Of a stretch of DNA of 64,000 bases, positions 11,939 to 46,789 are shown in pieces (the first letter of the stretch is position 1; each line of letters starts with the position of its first letter). A model generated the notes under the pieces. The model was not told the origin of the DNA. It saw only the letters and a list, made by a program, of their open reading frames with translations, and searched no databases. The DNA is from Phoronis australis (Eukaryota > Animalia > Phoronida): the NCBI GenBank assembly GCA_002633005.1, contig NMRA01000179.1, positions 8,254-72,253 of the forward strand, given 5' to 3'. The position numbers and the translations under genes are program-made.

Positions 11939-12472
11939 GGGCTGTTCCAGCAAAATCTGTGTGGGAGGGGGGGGAAGGCAACTGAAATAAAAATTTATGG
12001 GTGGTTGCGTTTGATTTAAATTCAAAATGGCTGGTGGTCGTACTTCAAAAAAATAAAAATTTACAGGTCGTTGTTGTTTCATTGGGCCATAAATGTTTGA
12101 TGGTGGGTAATTTTAGTAAATTTTATAAACAATCCGCACAGAATCAAAAACTGAAACAAAAATGCAACTTGCAAAAAGCTCCGACTTTTTCACTCCCTCC
12201 GATCTCCTCGAATTTCTCGATGGCTAATAACCATATATAAGAAACATATGTTTTCTTAGTAATGAATGACGTTAGTGGTGATGGAGGAACAGATAAACTC
12301 AAGCGCCTGTGCAGTCAACCACAAGAACAAAAAAAAATTACGGGTGGTTGCATTTCAAACTTATAAAAAATTACGGGTGGTAGGCTGAACAAATAAATGA
12401 AAAATATGGGTGGTGGGTGCGAAAAAAAGGTGCCTTCCCCCCCCTCCCATACAGATTTTACTGGAACAGCCC
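11939..12472. mobile_element. PIF/Harbinger-type MITE
   Basis: TIRs GGGCTGTTCCAGCAAAATCTGTGTGGGAGGGGGG / CCCCCCTCCCATACAGATTTTACTGGAACAGCCC with a 3-bp TAA target duplication on both sides. Confidence 0.85.
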
Positions 12473-13029
12473 TAAGAGGAATACACCCAAATGCCTTCCC
12501 AGCTGCAATTGTTGCATTTTCTGTCATGTGATGTTCAAAAAGGTAGGTCAATTTCGATTTGACGTTGGTTGGATCATCAACCTTTCTGAAAATAGTTTAA
12601 AGTAATACAACTGCAACAGTAAATAGCACTCAAAATACAATCGGGTACCCAAACGTAACATCTGGAACAAGACTTAATTATAATGACAGTTCTGTCTCCG
12701 TTTTCAATTGCTAAATATATCGTCTGCAACTCGGGCGCCGATTCCTCAGTATAACTATACAATACCAAATGTTATTTAAGTACTTTCAGGAAATGTTAAG
12801 AGTTCAAAGCACAGTAAGAGTTACCATCGATTTCATCTTTGTTATCTCTTTTCAAGTAATAAATCGTTACATTAAAAACTGTTTCTTTTACTAGAGAAAA
12901 CTTGCAACCTGACGCGCAAGAACACATACATATAGGTTATGATACGTCATGTGAACAGTCTGAGTGAAATAGAAATTAATGTGGTCGGTGATACTGTCTT
13001 GGAAAAAATTTTACTTTATCATAATTGTA

Positions 13030-13480
13030 CTTCCGATGTCATACTCGGATGGTTTCAATTCCGTATCAACCAGGGTACAAACTCTTACTTAATTAAAGAA
13101 AGTAGGTGTTAGTGAGTCGTCTTTGTGTTCTTTCTGTGAGTAACTATACACAAAGAAACAATACTACATTTTTATTTGGGAATGTTCACTTGCTCAGAAT
13201 TTTTGGAGATGTTTAAAAACATGGATGGTAAAAATGAGTGTGATTTTCCTCTGCAGTTAAATATGTCTACCGCCTTGTTTGGAGATCCAGCCTGTAGATT
13301 GAAAGTTGTAAATTTAATTCTTTGCTTAGCGAAATTTCATTTAAATAGGCAGACTGCAACAGACTAAGCCCAATTTCCAGTCATTTTTACGGGAGGTATG
13401 TGATTACCACAGCCTGGAAAAAATAATTTACAATTATAAATTGGCTCCTGGGAGATTCCAGGCAATGTGGTCTTCTTTGC
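13030..13480 (+). mobile_element. L1/Tx1-type LINE 3' fragment (zf-RVT)
   Basis: Disrupted translation RWFQFRI..TNSYL.KVGVSESSLCSFC..ETILH..FW. Confidence 0.6.
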
Positions 13481-13662
13481 CTAGCAACTAGCCTTTATAG
13501 GCTTTAATAATGTTTCTAATCTGTTTCATTTACTTTACTAAATTTCATTTTGGTGTACAACTATGAACTGGTTGATTGAATTAATACATGTTTTAACTAC
13601 AAAAAATATTCAAAACATTTGTCGAAAAAATTAAAGAAACTTAGGATGTCAAAGCGTATGGG

Positions 13663-13805
13663 ATAAATACAATTAAAACGTACCTCAATTGGCGTAAAGT
13701 AATATCCCACTCGACATTATTCAGCCTATAGACCGAGACTGAAGGAATAATACTTCGAGGGATAGTATTTCATCTACGCCACTCTGGGTACGTTTTGTGT
13801 ATTTA
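13663..13805. repeat. Imperfect palindrome / MITE-like hairpin
   Basis: TAAATACA..AAAACGTACC..TGGCGTA..ATCCC.CTCGA.ATTATTC pairs with GAATAAT..TCGAGGGAT..TACGCCA..GGTACGTTTT.TGTATTTA. Confidence 0.65.
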
Positions 13806-14911
13806 CTGCTGCAATGGAAAACATAAACCACACGCTTGACAATTCAAGGCTGAAACGTGTTTCTCTTGTGTCAGACCAAATGTGCCATTTTAATTCCAGG
13901 TGTCCACAAAAATGCAAAGGAGCCGCTTATCTCGTCATTGAGGAACTGGAAGAGGACGGCGACTTTGGGTTGGTTAATATGTGCACTAGTTATAAGATAA
14001 CTATTGAGATAACTCTGATCATGGAAGTATGGGCGGCACAGCAGTGAAAAAGTGGGGAGGGGCTAAAGTCCCCTCTGCCCCACGGTGGGGCACCACCTAT
14101 AGACTATGTGCAGCGTAGCACTGAAGTGAAGGGTTATAGCCCACCCAGCCCCCTATAGTGTGCTGCCCATAGGACGGTGTTCTAGTACTAAAGAAAGTAG
14201 ACACCAGGGCGACTGTTTCTATAGTTTCATGGAATCAATTTAGTTCCGTAGCCGCCCTTCGTTTACACAAACTTCGTTAAAACACGACTAGACATCTTGT
14301 TTGTAAGCTTGATACTGGTACGCTTGTATATAGTTTCGGAACAGTCTCCTTGCTTCAGGTGTGCAGGTATGCATTAAAACACGTAGAGACATAACTAACA
14401 AACAAATTAAAACACTAGCTACAGTACATTTCGAGGAATGTATGTTCTGAAGTCTACTGATACGGTTTTGAAAGGGTACTCAGGAGAAATAATTCTTCTT
14501 GCAAGGGAAATTTTAACATCGTGGATTATAACAGTCTACAGGGTTGCAGTTAGTGATAGCCGAGAGTGATAGGCAGTCATTGTTAGGTCAAAATTGGCAT
14601 GTGAGCCATTAAAAACAATAATGTTATGGACTTGGAACAACATAGGACTCTGAATCACAAAGAAGAGAGATGCGATATATGCTTAAACTAATGGTTGAGT
14701 ATGACAGTCTTCCTATTATGGTGGTACTTGCTCTTGTTGTGTCACCATGTGTTTCATGTACACCAGCGCAATACAATGATGTGGAATAACAATTTTGGGG
14801 TCGTGTTTATTTAGAGGGGTTATAACCCAGGAAGTAACCAGTAACTAGAACAGCTGAGGTGTCGTTTATGGCAGGATATTACTATCCAGTTTCTTTCACC
14901 GACAACTGATG

Positions 14912-17900
14912 TTATGTTGGCAGCTGAGGACCACCACCAGAATAGTTTCCACTTATTTTGGCACCGCTAAAGTCAAAACCAGGTTGCTGTAAAAGATAAT
15001 ATGACAAGAATTAAACTTGAAATAGTCTCATCAAATGTTACGAGTGCTATAATTATACATGATGTCATATGATGAAATATTAAGTAATTATTGACACAGT
15101 TTGGGATGTGAATCTAAAATGCTACAAACATTTGGGTGACTTGATGCTACACATCAATATCTTTTTCAATAAGAGCAACGCGGAGCTTTAAAATGCACCC
15201 GTGACTGCACCGCAAATGGTGTGGTTCTAGGGTTGTTTCTAAAATATCTATTTGTTGGTGCAAAATACATCAAAGTTTTCTGAAATGGAAAGTTGCCGCG
15301 TTACTCTAATAAAAATCTTAAAAAATTTTATGAAAATCTGTCAAAGAACTCCAAAAACACAGAGGCAAAGGTATAAACATAAAACTGACACTAGAGGCAG
15401 AAGATGGCAGACGATTTGATTCATTGTTGTTAGAGGACGGAAGAAAGAGGCGAAATATAACCAGTAAGACCATTTGCGGTTTTCTTTTCGAAGGAATTTG
15501 ATTAGGTTAGTACTACTTACACACTGAATAAAAATTTTTCTCTCATTCCTTCTGCGTATATCCATTTCACTAAGTGGTGAAGAGCTCTCTGGTAGAACTT
15601 CAGCTCTGAGTATTGGCTAATCATGACAGTCCAAGTGAATATTTTCTTGCTCTAGTATCACTCTCATCATTCAGTAGGAATTGAGAGACATGCACCCAGT
15701 AACTGAACAGAAGAAGTCAAATGTCACAAGGGCTGGGCAGTCTTGTGACATTTAATGCATTCGTTGACCGGTAATTCTCAGCTTGCTCTTTGTGTCAAGA
15801 CAAATAAACTCCTACCAGAGCATTTTTGAGACCAACTTTACAAACTGAGGTAAGTGGCCTATTTTTTATTTTAAATTGATTTTTTTATACAGATTAAAAA
15901 TGTAGTTTGAACAGCTTCTGTCCGATTCAGGCGAGAAGGGAAAGCCTAAGATTCACGCAAAGTCAACAATGTATTGCCTAACCTCCAGTTGAAATCTCTG
16001 CAAAGTCAGCTTCTGCTCCATTTGATGGTAAGTGTGTGGATCAGCAATGTACTGGTCCTTCAACAGAGAGCGCCAGCAGTGTTCAGCACCACCTAGAGAC
16101 TTGGCTAGGACTATACGTATCATCTTCCTATCCTCTAAAGTGAGAAAGTGGCATGAACAGATTAACACACCTAAAAACACTAGTGAAGAATAACAGTTAG
16201 TTTTACCGGAACTTTCTAACAGTATGCCCACTTGCCCAAGAACCAAGTACATGAACGACAATTCAGAAAAGTTTTCCAGTTTTATCCCTACTTATTATGC
16301 TTTGTAAGAGACATAATGAAGAATATTATGCTTGCATAACATATACAATATTTTAAGAGACTACGTACACCTAATTCTTTGCTCTTACCTTTGAGCAAGA
16401 TTGCCAGCAAGTGAAAAACACCCATTTACCAAACATATGCTAGCAACTGTTTCCATAATGATCAAAGGATATATTTGGGAAACCACAGCCAGACCAAAAA
16501 GTGTAATTCTCCACCCTGCAGCTTACGACCAGTTCTTCCCAGCATACACATGGGTTTTTATGGACATGTATACATTTTAGTACGAAATGACACAAGTAAT
16601 CCCTAAACATATCAGTTCACCGTCATGGTGGCAAAAATTCTAATCACAAACTGGCTTAGAACTCTAGGTTTATGAGGAAAGGCTACTCAGAATTCAGTTT
16701 CTGCCAAGCAGCAATGATGAGGTATTACGGTACCGTGCCAGGTTTGCACTCTGCTCCATCTCAGATGATCCAGTTTTAGTTAAAATGTATAACAGACTTT
16801 GGAAACTTGAATGAAACCTACCAAGTGTCCACACGACATCATCAGGGTGAATGGGTTCAACGAAGTCACCCTGTAAAAATGAATTACTATTTAACCAAAG
16901 GGCAAATATAAGAATCACAGCAACAGACACCAACAACTCATTTGCAAATGTGCATCAAACTCTGCTTGATGGTCACATTCCATAACAGAAGCCGTAAGTA
17001 AGTTTTGACTTAGACCACTTATCCCAATAAAACTGGACAATCTCAATTTGTTTCTCACATACTCAAAGTAGTTTCTGTGTACAGAAAGGACTGACAGAGT
17101 TTGTTATTGCTTGAGACCATGCTCAATGGATATTTAGTTGAATGACACCCTGTGACAAAGCCACCTGTTGAGCTGGGTCTAGGGCAATTATGAAATGCCT
17201 GTTCTTTCCTAGACAAGAAATCACCTCTACTTTAAGTAACGGTTTTTGGATAATAATAATGAAAAGTGATCTTAATCAAAAGATTTTTTGTTGGAAGGTA
17301 GCGTTAAACAATCCTATTTTCAAACACACCAACATATAAGTTGCTGACTTCACGTAACATTTAAGCAGGTTGTGTTGGCTTGCAGATGGGTACTGTTTCC
17401 ATATATTTGACTTGGAACTTCCAGGTACACACAAACTTTTGGATAGCTTCCTACGGAAGCCACTCAGACTTCATGACTGCGACTAGCACTCAGTGACGTC
17501 GGACCGTCCACAGGATTCAAACAGTTTCTAGATCTCCGTAAAACTTAACTGTTTAGGTGAGAGTCTACTCAGACGGCTGACCTGTCTACCAATCACAAAT
17601 ATATCTGATGATGTATTGATTCACTAAACATAGCTGATTGTTGACACCAATGAATAATGATGAAGAAGACAATGCATCATATACTTGGAGTTTGCAGGGA
17701 CAGTGTAATACTAGCCCAATATAGCTGTCCTTGGTATGGAGAATAAGTTTCATTAATTGAATAACAGGGTCGTTATATTTGACCAGTGCCGGACAACGTT
17801 GTCAAGTTGAGTCAATAGGTCACTGATAGTCCCTGGTACTGGAAGTGGTAAGCTTAAACTTCAATTTACCCTATGCATTCAATCAAAATCCCCAGGTGTT

Positions 17901-19133
17901 GTATTGATGGATTTTGAGTGCGATGGCACCCCCAACCAGTGGAAGAGATCATTTGGCAGCTGGCATACAATTTATATACAGAGCACCATTCCCCATAGGC
18001 AATGACCATCGCCTCTGTTGGCCCGAACCAGAGGCGATGCAGAGGCTATAGGCGCTCTGTACACCGGAAGCTTTTCGGCGAATTATGCCTCGCACCGACT
18101 AAACCATCAAAGTTACGTTGTTATAAATACCTTTTGCACATAGAGGAACACCTTAGGAGGTTGTCAATGTGTTTAATTCTTTCCAACTCGAACAAATACT
18201 CCCGTTATGAAACTTTTTCTTCGAGCAGTCCCTATTTCAGTTCCCCAATATTTTCATTTTTTTAACCAGGCCGAAGGTCAGAAGTTGCGGACCTACCGGC
18301 GAACTTTGAAAGCTGAAGTTCCCGCTTTTCGCGTACGTGCTGCCGGGAACCAGCCGTGCATTTGCCGTGTTGTTAAACATTAAAATGTCAAATATGTGCA
18401 CAAAGACTATTAAATGTCATATCAACAGCATTTATTTTTATCAAATACAAACAATAATTCATTGAAATACAATCAAGTTTCAAGTAACGCCAATTAAAGA
18501 CAAGTATAAGTGGTGGCATTTTGGAAACGAACATTTGAGTGACCAGACCGCAATGGCTCACCTTTGGCCTTGAGGTCATGAAGTCACATCACCTAGCGAG
18601 CGCGGTAAAAATTGGAGCGTGCGCAGTATAAAAATGGTGAGTTCACGATTTTGGGAACTGAAATAGGGACTGCTCGAAGAAAAAGTTTGATAATGGGAGT
18701 ATTTGTTCGAGTTGGAAGGAATTAAACACATCGACAACCTCCTCAGGTGTTCCTCTATGCGCAAAAGGTATTTATAACAATGTGACTTTGATGGTTTAGT
18801 CGGTGCGAGGCATAATTTGCCGAAAGGCTTCCGGCGTACAGAGCGCCTATAGCCTCTGCATCGCATCTGGTTCGGGCCAACAGAGGCGATGGTCATTGCC
18901 TACATTCCCCATAGAGTACGGTCAGATGTATTCCACAGGTAACTTGCCTCAATCACTGTTTTTCCTTTCACTACAACTTTTATGCTCTTCGTCATAAATG
19001 AGCAATTTATTTCCTTAGCACGGGTATTTTCTGGAACATCAATCTCCAGATACAGTTCATCAACAGTCTGATACCAGCGACCCCAGTCCGTTTTACAAGC
19101 AACTATTCCACTTCTTTCATCAAAGTGTGACAT
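14912..19133 (-). CDS. NUDCD2: NudC domain-containing protein 2 (CS/p23 co-chaperone), 153 aa, 4 exons
   Basis: Minus-strand exons 19133-18948 (MSHFDERSGIVACKTDWGRWYQTVDE..TVIE), 16870-16822 (GDFVEPIHPDDVVWTL), 16134-15983 (EDRKMIRIVLAK..CWRSLL..QMEQKLTLQRFQLE) and 14986-14912 (QPGFDFSGAKISGNYSGGGPQLPT*). Total 462 nt with consistent phases. Intron 1 donor is GC. Confidence 0.95.
17996..18902. mobile_element. Mutator-like non-autonomous element with about 255-bp TIRs and a 9-bp TSD, in NUDCD2 intron 1
   Basis: TIRs start TAGGCAATGACCATCGCCTCTGTTGGCCCGAACC and end in its reverse complement. Direct repeat CATTCCCCA at 17987-17995 and 18903-18911. Explains the mirror ORFs 18002-18265(+) and 18576-18896(-). 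Confidence 0.85.
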
Positions 19134-19720
19134 TTTCACATTGCTTTTCCAATTTTTCCCATTAGCCTGACTCTAACACTCCAATCACTGTCACTGAACA
19201 CTCTAACTGGTAACCAGCTTAACCTGCACAAAGTCTAAAGGTTGTAGTGTATCTAGTTCACAACTTCACAGACACAGTCTTGACTTCAATTGTCCAAACA
19301 GTGTTGTTGGTCTTGTTCACTTGTTGATTGTTCCAATGACATGTGCCGTGTTCCACTATTGATTATTTACGCTCACACTGTCTGTCAGTTATGGCATGCA
19401 GGTAAAAAACAGCACAGAGTTTCCATTAAGCGCAAAAAAAAACAAAACGAAGCACACACTTCTGTCGTCTGTCGAGGTAACAAAATCGGAGAAATGAACT
19501 GATACCTATTTACGGTTAACGTTGCTAGGGTTTACGTCGAATGCATTTATAAATATTTCTATTTTAAGAATGCTATTATTGCTGCCATTGGAAATCAAAT
19601 CCTTGTGCTCCGGCATGATCTTTCATTATTTAAAAGTTTCACAACAACACAGGTGTCGCAAATTTTCACCCGCTTTCTTCAATACTTCCGGTTGCACACG
19701 CTTTCGTCAGCTGGTGAGTT
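19134..19720. promoter_or_regulatory. Probable bidirectional promoter NUDCD2/LARS1 with a non-coding LARS1 first exon
   Basis: Divergent gene pair. ETS/GABP-type ACTTCCGG at 19684-19691 is followed by a strong donor CTG|GTGAGT at about 19713. The LARS1 ATG exon has an acceptor (TTTAG, 21292) 8 nt before the ATG, which implies an upstream UTR exon. Confidence 0.6.
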
Positions 19721-21300
19721 TATCAGTTTATCAACTCTTTACAACATGAATGCTAAGGCACATGTTTTTAGTTGATGAATATTGGATGCTTGAAGACATC
19801 ACAAGGTTCTTACATCTCTGTCATCGTTGCTTGTAATATTTACTTAGAACCCAGCCACCACGACTGTCTAGTAGGTGACCGTGACTGACCGGGTGCTTGT
19901 CAGATCGGCAGGTGATGTGGATTGTGACGTGTGTCGACAGTGACTACCGTCCTACTAGTACTGGCTCCGACAGTAGGATGGTGGAGCTCCTATAGGCATT
20001 TCATACGCCGGAAGCTTTTCGGCGAGCTTCATTGTCTCTGCTGTGGAGCCAGTGCCAGCTGGTCACTGTCTAGTGACAATAGTGTCTGCTGACCAATTAC
20101 TGTGAGCAGTCGGTGTTTTTGTTTACAAGCAGGTTTTCAAATCGGGAGAAATTTGCTGTATCTAGATAATGTCAATATATCAGGGGAATTTTAGTGGCTT
20201 GAGGATGTATAAATTTCCTGGTCAGGAAAATGCATTTACATTTATTGACTTGAAATTTTGTTATTGTCTGAAGAATTGTTTGGAAGCTCTGCCTGGGAGG
20301 TTTATTGTTCTTTGGTTTAATTGTACAATGTTGTTTGTTGTCTACTAGTAGCTGATTGACATAATAGTCAAGTTATTGCTAGCAGGACCTGAAATGAAGC
20401 GATTAGTCAGTCAAAATGAATCGACCTGGTCCACCCTGGTCAATTTTTAATTCCCACAGTCAGGACTAGCAATTTTTCGCACTCTACTAAATGATGTCAA
20501 CCTTGAATTTCCCTGATTGAATACTTCATTATTGTTCACCATAAATCTTTAAAATCGTATCAGCCTCTTCACGGGTCAATACTTTTAAAAGCATAAAGTC
20601 AACATGCCAAATTTGGCAAATGCAATCTGGAAAAACTCCCGATTGCCAAGTGATAACTTAGGTCGCCAAAATATGAAAATTCCAGTCCTGGAGGAGAGGG
20701 TTGTAACCCAGTACCACAGGAGAGGGTTGTGACAATCGTGGCCCCCAAAAACGATACATAGTTTGCAAGGGTCAAAAATAAAATAAACAAAGTATGTCAA
20801 CTAAATGTTTGCTGGTTCACCCCATAATATTTCTTATCATCTGTTTTCGTTTGTAACTCAAGTGATGAGCAATTGGCCATTTTCAAACCCCTTAACTCTG
20901 AAGTGCATTCTTGAGTCGATGATTGTTTCCATCTTCTTGTTTGTAACAGAAATACTAGTAGAATTCTAACAAACTAAGAAATATTATAGTCCTAGCGATT
21001 TCACACAAATAAAATGCAAATTCAATTCCATTTATTAGACAGCTAAACATGGTTTTAATAGATGAATCTCGTTCATAATAATGAAAGTGGAAAATCGAAC
21101 ATTTCTGTTGGTGTATTACTCTATTTAAGAATGACCAAAATGAAATGTGCTGGGAATGAAACTGAAAGTGATAACATGAAACTGAAAGCAAGTGTGAGGT
21201 GCTTCTGTGAATATTGAAGGTGAGCATTGAGATGCATACAATGACTCATGACTTGTTGTCTCTTTCACTTTCTTTACTGCTTTCTACTTTAGGCTGAAAA

Positions 21301-45374
<24,074 letters not shown>

Positions 45375-45865
45375 ATCTTTTGTGTACGTTAAGGATTTTG
45401 GCTAGATTTTTCGTCTGGCAATTTTTGGTCTAATTCCCAATGTCAAAATCTTACAAAGATTGGCTAGTAAATCACGTGTAGTGTTGTTAACATTGTGATA
45501 AATCTCAAAATCCAGGACAGACATGTTGTTGTTACTGTTGATGGCAACGTTGTTTGTAATGACACAAGTCCATGCAATAATCTGATGTGCTTAATTAGTG
45601 TGTAGACAATTATGCAATTGTGAAATTATGCATTAAAAAGATGTTTACTTTAAAACTGTGTCAGTTTTGCTATCACTCATTACCATGAGGTTAACAAATG
45701 TCCAAATTTTGGCAGAATTCGGAACATATCATATATGTCATTATTATGAAACTTCCAGGTACTATGTTTTTTGGACTGTTCTTCAAAATGCTAATAGGAA
45801 TTGTTTAATAATATAAAATTTTCACTTTTCTGGGAGGGGTTATCCAAATGGGACTGTTTTGCATG

Positions 45866-45872
45866 AAATAAA
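45866..45872 (+). terminator. Candidate LARS1 polyadenylation signal AATAAA
   Basis: AATAAA about 490 nt after the stop codon, followed by T-rich sequence. Confidence 0.45.
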
Positions 45873-46789
45873 AATTAAAATTTAGAATACTGTGACAACT
45901 TTCTTTGAGTTTTTATTTTGAACATTTTTATGGTCATTTATGTATTGGTCATGTTACTGATGCCATTGTAGAACTTTGTTTGTTGTATTTTTCTAAACAG
46001 ACATTGTCACTGACCCAATTAATGACATATTTATATAATGTTGAAAATCAATTTTTATTCTACAGTCTGTCTTCGTACTTTCAGTATGTTTTCTTTTACC
46101 AGTAAAAATCTAGTTTTCTGAGATATTTAGCTGAATCGGCAAAGTTGTGAATAAGCTAGGTGCTACACCTTAGTCCTGTTGTGTTATCAATAGTCAAATA
46201 GTCTTCAAAAATGTGTGTTCAGAAAACAATAATCAACAATGGGATCTCAAACTAATCATCAAAGATGCCAAGGCCACCGGAACTAGTTCAACTTCGCCAA
46301 ACATTTACCCCATGGTCCCAAATTCAGATTCCACCCTATAGTCAGCTCTTCAACACCCTCACCAGAAACTTGATTACCCATTACTAAGTGTTGGGCGTAT
46401 AATTTTCTAATAACTCATGAACTCAGTGTCGGGCTACCACTGGAGTGAACCAGAATAAACTGAAAATTATCCTGATGGTCACTTTACATATGGACGAAAC
46501 TATTTCCGAGTTTCCGGCAACGACCCTATGTTAAGTCTACTAATTCCCAGGTGACGTTGTTTCTCCCCGTATTTCACAGCCCGTGTTAGGGATTTCTTCC
46601 GTCACTTCCATGCACTTTAAAATGATTTAGAAGGTACATCGGTTTGATAGTCTAATAAAGTGAATTGTTAAAAAGTCTGTCATAAAGCTCAAAATCACGC
46701 CCCAACTGCCTGACGTGGTACTTTTCTACATGTTGATGTAAGTTTCACCGCGGAGAGTTTCGTACGAACAACTCTCTATGAATAATGCT

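Larger units (their letters stand above)
8064..11939. repeat. Near-identical 1.9-kb direct duplication (8064-9960 and 10080-11939) separated by an N gap
   Basis: Both copies begin ATTTTAAGGCTTGTTCATTGCTG and end CTATAGAACTAGTTAAG; they differ by scattered SNPs and small indels. Confidence 0.9.

Noticed and set aside
18002-18896. Two near-identical opposing ORFs MTIASVGPNQ...
   Set aside because: They are the two TIRs of one non-autonomous element; no recognisable domain.
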